Part shown: piece after piece, positions 1-8,669 of the stretch
Position numbering within the stretch: position 1 is the first letter of the stretch
Layout: each line of letters begins with the position of its first letter
Assembly: GCF_006345805.1 (NCBI RefSeq)
Contig: NW_021825425.1
Span: 1-15,732 of the forward strand
Length of the DNA: 15,732 nucleotides
Reading direction: 5' to 3'
Source of the DNA: Octopus sinensis
Taxonomy: Eukaryota
Made by a program: the position numbers and the translations under genes
Notes under the pieces: generated by a model
What the model saw: only the letters and a program-made list of their open reading frames with translations
What the model was told of the DNA's origin: nothing
Databases searched by the model: none

Positions 1-87
1 TGTATGCATATCTATATACATTTAAATATATATGATTTATGCATTTGGAGATAAATTTGCATATATATACATACATGCATACATATT

Positions 88-119
<32 letters not shown>

Positions 120-377
120 AATATATATATGTAATATATATGTATATTATGTGTATATATATATATATATATGTATGTATATATATATATACATATATAT
201 ATATGCGTGTATCCATATATCCATATATCTATACAACTCTATAATATACATATGTAATACATGCTTCTATGTATATGTGTAAGTATGTATATATATTGTG
301 TGCATGCGCGTGTGTGCATGTGTATGTATATATATGTATCTCCATATACATGCATTTATTTGTATATACACATATAT

Positions 378-413
<36 letters not shown>

Positions 414-520
414 GAGGAGAGAGAGTGAGAGAGAGAGAGAGAGAGAAAGAAAGAGGGAGAGAGGGGGAGAGAGGGAGAGAAGAGAGAAGACAGACAGACA
501 GACGGACAGGCAGACAGAAA
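1..520. repeat. Compound microsatellite: imperfect (TA)n/(TATG)n, then (GA)n and (GACA)n
   Basis: Seen directly: TA-rich to ~413, GA ~414-488, GACA ~489-520. Confidence 0.95.
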
Positions 521-1059
521 TATGTCAGTGTGTTCTTTATGTATAATGTTTTGTAGAACCCCGGTTTTGCTTTTTCTTTCTTTTCTCTTCCAAACAGCTC
601 CTCACCCTCATCTTCCTCCTCATCTTCTATGATTCCCCTCCCCCCTCCTTCTCCTCCCCCACCGAAACAATCCTCCTCCCTTGCCTCCTCCACCGCCATA
701 TCTTCCAAGCCTTTTCTTCACATTATATACTTAGCTTCGTTTGTTTTAAATATTTTCGATGGTGGTGATGGTGGTGGTGCTACTGGAGGAGCGGGTTAAG
801 TGGCTGCGCTCGTCGAACGAGGAGTAGAATGGTTTTCGACTTAAACCTTGCATATTGTTGCCCTTTGAAAATTTCAAAAAAAAAAAGGGAGAAGCCGGTG
901 CAGTCGTTTTGAACAGCCCCTTAATACTAGAACATTCTAGACGAGGAAATTTGAGTTGAAATTACGTAAGAGTTTTTGTGAGAGAAAATATAAGCCCCGA
1001 GTAAGACAACCAATTCACACAGCCCGTGCCTTCTCAAAAATCATGACAACAGTCCCATC

Positions 1060-1215
1060 GGCGCAGGCGTGGTTGTGTGGTAAAATCGCTTTCTTCCCAA
1101 CTGTGTGGTCCGAGGTTTAGTCCAATAGCGCAGTAGAGTCTTCTGCTATAGGATCGTGTCGACCAGTCTTGAGAACGGATTTGCTAGACGGAAACTTAAA
1201 CAAGCCCGTCGTATA
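1060..1215 (+). mobile_element. Diverged 5' half of tRNA-derived SINE family A
   Basis: ggcgcaggcgtggttgtgtggtaa...ggatttgctagacggaaacttaaacaagcccgtcgtata aligns by eye with the copies at 1510 and 6917. Confidence 0.8.
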
Positions 1216-1280
1216 CATACATGCACACATCGTTAGCTCCTACACGCATTTTTTTTCTCTCCTTGTTTTTTTTCTGTGTC

Positions 1281-1318
1281 TCTTTCTGTAGAAGAGCGTA
1301 GGCTCGAAACGTAAAAGA
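1281..1318 (+). ncRNA. Minimal type I hammerhead ribozyme-like motif (Penelope-type) with a core variant
   Basis: Stem I TCTTT/AAAGA; core CTGTAGA (canonical CTGANGA, so A6>U); stem II GAGC-gtag-GCTC; GAAAC followed by the GTA cleavage triplet; stem III reduced to a short palindrome. Confidence 0.65.
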
Positions 1319-1390
1319 CTTCTATTTCTATTCCTGAGCGCCATACTAATACATTTGTTTGTTTGTACTCCACCTGCCTTCGTCTTTTGT

Positions 1391-1509
<119 letters not shown>

Positions 1510-1919
1510 GGCGCAGGAGAGTTGCTGTGTGTGTTAAGTAGCTTGCTTACAAACCACATGGTTCCGGGTTCAGTCCCACTGCGTGGCACTTTGGGCAAGT
1601 GTCTTCTACTATAGCCTCGGGCCGACCAAAGCCTTGTGAGTGGATTTGGTAGACGGAAACTGAAAGAAGCCCATCGTATATATGTATATATGAATGTGTG
1701 TGTGTTTGTGTGTCAGTGTTTATCCCCCTAGCATTGCTTGACAACCGATGCTGGTGTGTTTATGTCCCCGCCACTTAGCGGTTCGGCAAAAGAGACCGAT
1801 AGAATAAGTACTGGGCTTACAAAGAATAAGTGCCAGGGTCGAGCTACTCGATTAAAGGCGATGCTCCAGCATGGCCTCAGTCAAGTGACTGAAACAAGTA
1901 AAAGAGTAAAAGAGTAAAA
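1510..1919 (+). mobile_element. Full-length tRNA-derived SINE family A (~410 bp)
   Basis: tRNA-like head with A-box-like and B-box-like (GGTTCAGTCCC) motifs, conserved body, internal TA/TG microsatellite, 3' hairpin CAGTCA..TGACTG and (AGTAAAAG)n tail; near-identical to 6917-7335. Confidence 0.9.
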
Positions 1920-2379
1920 TTAAGAAACACTGGTTTAGCCACACAAATCGAACTCTTTGACATTAACGCTCCATGCGGTATTTCCGGGTCACTAAGCACG
2001 GCCTACTTTTCCATTTGACTAAAAAAAATCCTATCTTTAAGCATTTATTGCGTATAATAATTATATATTGGTTATCGAAAATAATCGATAATTTATATAT
2101 AGTATTTGGCAGTGGAACTTGGTCATATGAGCTACAGTCCTGTGTAGTTGTCTTTGACAAATTGGTAGTCGAGAAGAACGTTACACGGTATTAACTTTGG
2201 CTAAAGGTCGTTATTGTTGTTGCGTAAGGTCCTGCTCGCTCCTGGACTCTCTGAATCAGTTTCCAACCATTTCTTTTCCTAGAGAGCTTTTGATGCGTAT
2301 TTTACATGAATGGACCCTGGTTCAGAACCACAACTCTAAATCTATGAACGAAGGCAGTTTCTGCCTTGACAATCATACC

Positions 2380-2991
2380 TATTTATGTACTACCCACAAG
2401 GGGATAAACACAGAGGGGACAAACAAGGACAGACAAACGGATTAAGTCGACGGGTTACATTGACCCTAGTGCGTAACTGGTACTTAATTTATCGACCCCG
2501 AAAGGATGAAAGGCAAAGTCGACCTCGGCGGAATTTGAACTCAGAACGTAACGGCAGACGAAATACCCATTTCTTTACTACCCACAAGGGGCTAAACACA
2601 GAGGGGACAAACAAGGACAGACAAACGGATTAAGTCGACGGGTTACATTGACCCTAGTGTGTAACTGGTACTTAATTTAATCGACCCCGAAAGGATGAAA
2701 GGCAAAGTCGACCTCGGCGGAATTTGAACTCAGAACGTAGCGGCAGACGAAATACCAATTTCTTTACTACCCACAAGGGGCTAAACACAGAGGGGACAAA
2801 CAAGGACAGACAAACGGATTAAGTCGACGGGTTACATTGACCTTAGTGCGTAACTGGTACTTAATTTATAGACCCCGAAAGGATGAAAGGCAAAGTCGAC
2901 CTCGGCAGAATTTGAACTCAGAACGTAACGGCAGACGAAATACCGCTTAGCATTTCGCCCGGCGTGCTGACGTTTCTGCCAGCTCGTATGA
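2380..2991 (-). mobile_element. tRNA-derived SINE family B: one head plus three tandem 188-189 bp body units, flanked by an 18-bp TSD
   Basis: Head on the minus strand from ~2986 (GAGCTGGCAGAAACG; B box GAGTTCAAATTC). Anchor TACCCACAAG recurs at 2391, 2579 and 2768. Flanking direct repeat TGCCTTGAC(A/C)ATCATACC at 2362-2379 and 2992-3009. The body motif GCCTTTCATCCTTTCGGGGTCGATAAATTAAGTACC resembles, from memory, a conserved SINE central domain (Meta/Sauria-type). Confidence 0.9.
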
Positions 2992-3069
2992 TGCCTTGAC
3001 CATCATACCATTCACCCAGTCACGGGGTATTTTATCTTAGCGATAGAACAAATGCCAAGCTTTTGAAAA

Positions 3070-3163
3070 AATAAGTACTAAGGTCGATTTGTTCGACAAA
3101 ACCCTTCAAAGTGGTGCCCCAGCATGGTCGCAGCTTAGTATCTAAAACAAGTAAAAGATAAAA
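3070..3163 (+). mobile_element. 3' fragment of a SINE family A relative
   Basis: aataagtact..ggtcgatttgttcgac..gtggtgccccagcatggtcgcag..aaacaagtaaaaga matches the family A 3' end. Confidence 0.75.
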
Positions 3164-3374
3164 CTGTAACTATATATATATTTCACTGCTGTAAAATATT
3201 AAATTACATTAATTATATTTTTTAATTAGGCATAATGTCGAAATAGGTTTCATTTTTTTTAATTAACGAAACGAAATATAACCAGTGTCCCATGTGTCCC
3301 AGATTCTTCACTGCTTCGAAGCTCCAGCAAGGTCTTAACTATGATATCTAGATACAAAGCGTTAAAGACCTTTT

Positions 3375-3503
3375 TCGCTTTCCAACTACGTGGTGTTGGG
3401 TTCAGCGCCACCGTGCCGCACTTTGGGGAGTATCTTTTACCATGACTCCAGGCCGACCAAAGCCTTGTGAGTGAGTTTGGTGGACGGAAACTCTTTCGAA
3501 ACC
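3375..3503 (+). mobile_element. Diverged 5'/central fragment of SINE family A
   Basis: Contains ggccgaccaaagccttgtgagtgagtttggtggacggaaact, shared with the other copies. Confidence 0.8.
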
Positions 3504-3580
3504 CAATGAAGCGACAAGCTAAATGTCTAGGAATAAACGATTACGATGTGTCCTTTCTGTTCTAAACTTATAAAAACAAA

Positions 3581-3836
3581 CAGTAATCCCTCGATATCGC
3601 GGGTGTTGTGGTCTAACCCCACACCCCGTGATAGGTGAAAATCCGTGAAGTTAGAAACAGTACTGTACTGTATTTTTTTCGTTATTTTTATAATTTGTTT
3701 ATATATTTATTTTATTATAAATGCAAAACAACAACATCGCGGAGGAATCGACGTAAGCTTAAATAATAAAGCGCGATAGGTGAACCGCGATAGGTGAACC
3801 GCGATAGGTGAAGCGCGTTATGGCGAGGGATTACCG
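3581..3836. mobile_element. MITE, Tc1/mariner superfamily (Tigger/pogo-like)
   Basis: TIRs CAGTAATCCCTCG / CGAGGGATTACCG (12/13 match), TA at the right flank, AT-rich non-coding interior; second copy at 13645. Confidence 0.85.
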
Positions 3837-3840
3837 TATT

Positions 3841-4171
3841 AGGTCGAGGAACTGGCAGAATCGTTAGCACGCCAGATGAAATGCTTTGCGGTATTTCGTC
3901 TGTCTTTACGTTCTGAGTTCAAATTCCGCCGAGGTTGACTTTGCCTTTCATCCTTTCGGGGTCGATTAAATAAGTACCAGTTACGCACTGTGGTCGATAT
4001 AATCGACTTAATCCGTTTGTCTGTCCTTGTTTGTCCCCTCTGTGTTTAGCCCCTTGTGGGCAGTAAAGAAGTAGGGATTTCGTCTGCCGCTATGTTCTTA
4101 GTTCAAATTTCGCTGAGGTCGACTTTGCCTTTCACCCTTTCGGTGTCAATTAATTAAGTACCAGTTGCGTA
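3841..4171 (+). mobile_element. SINE family B: head, full body and a partial second body unit
   Basis: Reverse-complement match to 2380-2986; after the tail (cagtaaagaagtag) the sequence restarts at ggatttcgtctgcc, ~4075. Confidence 0.9.
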
Positions 4172-4261
4172 ACACTTGCCCAGGGTATCATGCAGTGGGA
4201 CTGAACCTGAAATCAAATGATTGCCAAGCGAGCTTCTTAGCCACACAGCTATGCTTGCACC
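4172..4261 (-). mobile_element. SINE family A head fragment
   Basis: Reverse complement reads ggtgcaagcatagctgtgtggctaagaagctcgct...ggttcagtcccactgcatgataccctgggcaagtgt. Confidence 0.8.
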
Positions 4262-4419
4262 ATTAGTCTATAATTTTCAGTTAGAATTGTCTGTTATTTT
4301 TAACAAATTAATTCACTACATAGAGGTCTTGTTTAAATCTTGATCGGGCTTGACTGACCACACTGACCGATCTGTCATCAAAGATATTCGAATCGTCTCT
4401 GTCCAGTCTTTTTTTTACA

Positions 4420-5030
4420 GATATAATGGCAGTTTCTTCTCCGAAAATCCCAAGAGCCATATACTCACTCAAGTGGTTATGTAAACTGATCCTAGGCGCT
4501 GCAACGTTATTCTTTCCGTCTGTGCTTGGTTGTTTTAAAGCGAGGTTCAGTCTGTGCTGTCTGATTCTAATGTTTAGACTTGGAGGTTCTGACCACAGTG
4601 GTTCAGATAGCTAAGATGGCTGCCCTGATCAGCAAGCTGTAGGTTTTACTTTAGAGTGGCCTTCTTCCAAGGGAAATTGCCTTACAGGTCTGGAGAGCTA
4701 CCCCTACCCAGAAGCAGCTGGAATGATTGCAAAGAGGGTACCGGACCGTCTAAGGGACTCCACTCTATAATTTGCTGTTGAGGTTGACACTCCTAGCTTT
4801 TTCCTTTTCCCAAGGCACTCATAAAGCAGTGAGAGCGTGTATTCGGAGTTTCTTCCATAGTTAATTCATAGATGGCACTCTCTTCCATGCCACTGCTCTG
4901 AATCTGTGGAGACCTGAGTAAAAATAGTGGCTAGAAAGTGGCTCACTCTTCTCAAAATCATAGGACTTCCGACCCAGGGCTCCAATAAGTGATGTAGTTT
5001 AAATTTGTACCCACAATACTTATACAAATA
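4420..5030 (-). mobile_element. Possible degraded 5' UTR region of an RTE-clade LINE
   Basis: Minus-strand gcaatttcccttggaagaaggccactctaaagtaaaacct (4641-4680) resembles the GGAGAAGGAAAACTC..AAACC motif I recall from RTE 5' UTRs. No recognisable ORF; boundaries uncertain. Confidence 0.3.
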
Positions 5031-5036
5031 TAGATC

Positions 5037-5265
5037 ATTTACATTCGACGGATATTTGTCCTCATCTTGTTTGTTGTTAACACAACGTTTCGGTTGATAT
5101 ACCCTCCAGCCTTCATCAGGTGTCTTGGGGAAATTTCGAACCTGGGTTCTCATTCCTAAGGTATTTTTCGATGTTGTTGCTATTATTTTTCAGGTCACTG
5201 CCTGGGATCGAACTCAGAATCTCTGGGTTAGTAGCTGGCGCTCTAAACCACTACGCCATATACCC
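5037..5265 (-). mobile_element. tRNA-headed SINE family C carrying a hammerhead ribozyme
   Basis: A box TGGCGTAGTGG (5258-5248), B box GAGTTCGATCCC (5215-5204), short AAT/AAC linker, then a hammerhead at 5124-5079. Confidence 0.8.
5079..5124 (-). ncRNA. Minimal type I hammerhead ribozyme (Penelope-type)
   Basis: Minus strand GACAC-CTGATGA-A-GGCTGG-agggtata-TCAACC-GAAAC-GTT-GTGTT: intact core, stem I GACAC/GTGTT, stem II with one mismatch, palindromic AACGTT in place of stem III. Confidence 0.8.
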
Positions 5266-5297
5266 GTATGGATTCAGGACATTCGTATTTTTCGATG

Positions 5298-5329
5298 TTA
5301 TTATTTTCATTATTATTATTATTGTTATA

Positions 5330-5369
<40 letters not shown>

Positions 5370-5405
5370 TACTACTACTACTACTACTATTATTATTATT
5401 ATCAT
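5298..5405. repeat. (ATT)n/(ACT)n microsatellite
   Basis: Seen directly; it is the expanded linker of a second SINE C copy. Confidence 0.95.
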
Positions 5406-5958
5406 TGAGTGAGAGAGCAGTGCATGCCATCAAAGTGACACTGGGGCAAAATATACGAAGCCCAATATACCCATCATGACTACCCGTCTGATAAAGGTAC
5501 ACCAGGCACATGCATCACAACCATATGTGCGCGACATGGTGATCTCATATCAAGATAAACAGCACATGACCTTGCAGGTGGGGCCCAGTTAGAATTTTCT
5601 TCAGGTTGAGTAGCCCATCCCGCTCAAACGGTCCCTGAATAAGGGTTGTTTAAGGATGTTGAAAGAACCACCATGTTCCAGAGGTGAATTATTCAAACCC
5701 CAAAGAATCCCTCTCAACACATGGCTATGATGCTCCCCCACTACTTCTGCTTGTGATCAGAGATGCACATATCGTCAGCCACTAAGGGACATGCTCAACT
5801 GGTTAAGGTCAAACAACTGACAAGCAAATCTGTGGTATTGAGCAGAATATTTGCTGCAGCCCATCTTTTATACCAAGACAAAACAATGTACATGATAACA
5901 CTTCCAATCAGTTAAGATCAGAATCCTTGGGAGCCACTGTCTGGTACTACATCAGGGC

Positions 5959-5959
<1 letters not shown>
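5406..5959 (-). mobile_element. 554-bp non-coding interspersed element inserted in an (ATT)n tract, class uncertain
   Basis: Complex sequence sharply bounded by (ATT)n on both sides and splitting a SINE C copy; minus strand begins TG, ends CA and has TATAAAAG at 5872-5865. Confidence 0.7.
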
Positions 5960-6014
<55 letters not shown>

Positions 6015-6036
6015 TATTATTATAATTATTATTATT
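5960..6036. repeat. (ATT)n microsatellite
   Basis: Seen directly. Confidence 0.97.
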
Positions 6037-6098
6037 CAGGTCACTGCCTGTAATCGAACTCGGAATCTTGAGCTTAGTAACCCGTATGTCATATGCCC
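6035..6098 (-). mobile_element. Head of a second SINE family C copy, A box partly deleted
   Basis: ttcaggtcactgcctgtaatcgaactcggaatcttgagcttagta matches 5189-5233; its continuation gtatttttcgatgtt lies at 5285-5299, beyond the insertion. Confidence 0.8.
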
Positions 6099-6916
6099 GT
6101 GGGCATAGATTATCTACTATAAAAAATGTAAAACAGCCTTCACTTTCCATTTTAATAACTGTAAGACATGACGGAAATTTGAGGAGGACTTTGGTTGCCT
6201 TTTCTTGCAGGCCCGAGCGCGTGGCACTCTCGTTAGGTTGTAACAACTTTTCTTTCAAGTTTCATGTTTCTTTGATATTACAATGCCCAATAAGCATATT
6301 TAGATTAATTCCACATGATATCATACAGCAGATGGTTTAACCTGTTATAATGTATGTAAACATATTTAAGTCTTGCTGTGCAAAGTTTTTGAGATTAAAA
6401 CATATCTAAGTTAATGAGAGCCTGTTTACAAGGCAGCAGCAACAGACTCCCTTGGGTCCTATTAAAGTTTATAAAATGTAATGATTTGGTGTGTCGTGAG
6501 GGAGATGAAGAAAACACATTTCATATTCAGTCAGGACCCTTATTTGAGTAAAGAATCCAAAGAATCCGGTGTATATACTTTATGCAAGCCCGTTCAGTGT
6601 GTCCTTCGTATTTTGTTCTAAATGTAGGTATGATTTGCGGGATATTTGGCTGTTATTCCTAGAAGATTGGGAGTATACAGACTCCGTGATTGCTTCGTTG
6701 GTTCTTTTGGATTATACACTTTGAATGGACAATTGTACTTGCAGGCACAAACATATATGCCAGGTCACTGTTGTCTCCTTTGCAAGCAACGACTCATACC
6801 AATTTCTTACTCTTCCGGCCATTACAGCATGCCTTCACCGAAGGGGGGGGGGGCGATCTGTCCGACTAAATGTGGCGCTGAATAAAAATAAAAAAAGAAA
6901 AGAATATATATATATA

Positions 6917-7335
6917 GGCGCAGGAGTGGCTGTGTGGTAAGTAGCTTGCTAACCAACCACATGGTTCCGAGTTCAGTCCCACTGCGTGGCATCTTGGGCA
7001 AGTGTCTTCTGCTACAGCCCCGGGCCGACCAATGCCTTGTGAGTGGATTTGGTAGACGGAAACTGAAAGAAGCCTGTCGTATATATGTATATATATGTAT
7101 ATGTATGTATGTGTATGTGTGTCTGTGTTTGTACCCCTAGCATTGCTTGACAACCGATGCTGGTGTGCGTTTACGTCCCCGTCACTTAGCGGTTCGGCAA
7201 AAGAGACCGATTGAATAAGTACTGGGCTTACAAAGAATAAGTTCCGGGATCGATTTGCTCGACTAAAGGCGGTGCTCCAGCATGGCCGCAGTCAAATGAC
7301 TGAAACAAGTAAAAGAGTAAAAGAATAAAGAGTAA
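6917..7335 (+). mobile_element. Full-length SINE family A
   Basis: A box TGGCTGTGTGG, B box-like GAGTTCAGTCCC, same body and tail as 1510-1919. Confidence 0.92.
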
Positions 7336-7514
7336 TATATTCAAACCTACATCTAATACAGAGTGTTCAAAAAGTCTCTCCGCAGTATTTCATCGCAAAA
7401 TAAATATTTATACGAAGGTATAAGACTACAATAGACTATATTAGACTTTATAAGTGGTGTTGAGTTTCGTGCTTCATTTTCAATACATAAGTTGACTCTT
7501 CTATACGTTTTGAA

Positions 7515-7830
7515 AACACATTTCATATTCAGTCAGGACCAAAATGCAAATATATGGGAAACTACCACCTGTGTCATCTCTTGTGAAAGGTAGGAGAGTC
7601 CAGTTTGCTGGACATTGTTGTAGAGCTGAAAAAGAAGTAATTTCTACTCTTCTCCTCTGGAAGCCATCTACTCGCAATACCAGAGGGCGCACACTCTCCT
7701 ACCCTGATGTAATCTCCAGGGATACAGGCATCCAGCAACAGGACCTCCGTAATGCCATGATGGACCGTGAAGTCTGGCGTAGCATGGTAAATTCCATTGT
7801 CTCGACCACGGTCGAACAATGATGATGATG
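7515..7830 (+). mobile_element. 5'-truncated RTE-clade LINE (ORF C-terminus plus (TGA)n tail) with a 12-bp TSD
   Basis: ORF 7544-7822 ...RRVQFAGHCCR...LLLWKP...GR...YPD...DTG...AMMDREVWR is a typical RTE C-terminus; TSD ATACGTTTTGAA at 7503-7514 and 7831-7842. Confidence 0.9.
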
Positions 7831-7914
7831 ATACGTTTTGAATTACATCTTGACACTTGGAGAGTCAGAATAAAAAAAATCACTGCGGAGAGACTTTCTG
7901 AACATCTTATACAT

Positions 7915-8307
7915 AGACGTGGCTGTGTGGTAAGTAGCTTGCTTACCAACCACATGGTTCCGGGTTCAGTCCCACTGCGTGGCTCCTAAGGCAAGTGTCT
8001 TCTACTATTGCCTCGGGATGACCAAAGCCTTGTGAGTGGATTTGGTAGACGGAAACTGAAAGAAGCCAGTCGTATATATGGGTATGTATATATGTGTGTA
8101 TCGGTTTGTTTGCCCCACCAACATCGCTTGGTGTGTTGGTGTGTTTACGTAACAGTAACTTAGCGGGTCGGCAAAAGAGGCCCAATAGAATAAGTACTAG
8201 GCTTACAGAGAAGTCCTGGGTTCGATTTCTGCGACTAAAGGCGGTGCTCCAGCAAGGCCGCAGTCAAGTGACTGAAACGAGCCAAAAAATAAAAGTATAA
8301 AAAAAAA
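7915..8307 (+). mobile_element. Near full-length SINE family A, moderately diverged
   Basis: Colinear with 6917-7335 apart from small deletions; A-rich tail. Confidence 0.9.
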
Positions 8308-8309
8308 CG

Positions 8310-8521
8310 TAGACACGCACACATGCACACCCAGACCTAATTCTTATATACACTGAGTGGGACGTCCAGGCACACAGGTTCAGGTATATACACCTAAACA
8401 TATAGCCGTATATACGCACACATGCGTATATAGCCCTAATATGTATATACATACGGACATAACACACGTATTATGACATACCCCAGTACATAGCCCGCAT
8501 ATGTGCACACACACGGACACG

Positions 8522-8561
<40 letters not shown>

Positions 8562-8596
8562 TACACACACACAACACACTCACATACACACACACG
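8310..8596. repeat. Degenerate (CA)n/(TACA)n tract
   Basis: Seen directly; purest at ~8520-8595. Confidence 0.85.
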
Positions 8597-8669
8597 TTGC
8601 GCGCATTCCTGTAGAGCTCGTGGTAATTAGATAAAAAGCTAATATTTTCTTAAGTGTGTGAGAAGACAG

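Noticed and set aside
32-708. ORFs of 70-159 aa rich in YI, RE or LS repeats (also those at 1233-1614, 5120-5511, 12410-13017, 13145-13398, 13781-13984 and 14657-14906)
   Set aside because: They are translations of stop-free microsatellites, with no protein-family signal.
1963-2445. Short ORFs in unique-looking sequence
   Set aside because: No recognisable motifs or splice pattern; lengths are as expected by chance.
2380-2945. Regularly spaced repeats as a CRISPR array
   Set aside because: Units are contiguous 188-189 bp copies with no unique spacers; the context is eukaryotic SINE sequence with no cas genes.
5720-5782. Third hammerhead at minus-strand CTGACGA (5778-5772)
   Set aside because: No GAAA, no convincing stem II and no NUH triplet in the right position.
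5895-5925. Resemblance of aatcagttaagatcagaa to U2 snRNA
   Set aside because: Short and gapped, with no U2 5' stem or branch-point pairing sequence GTAGTA next to it.
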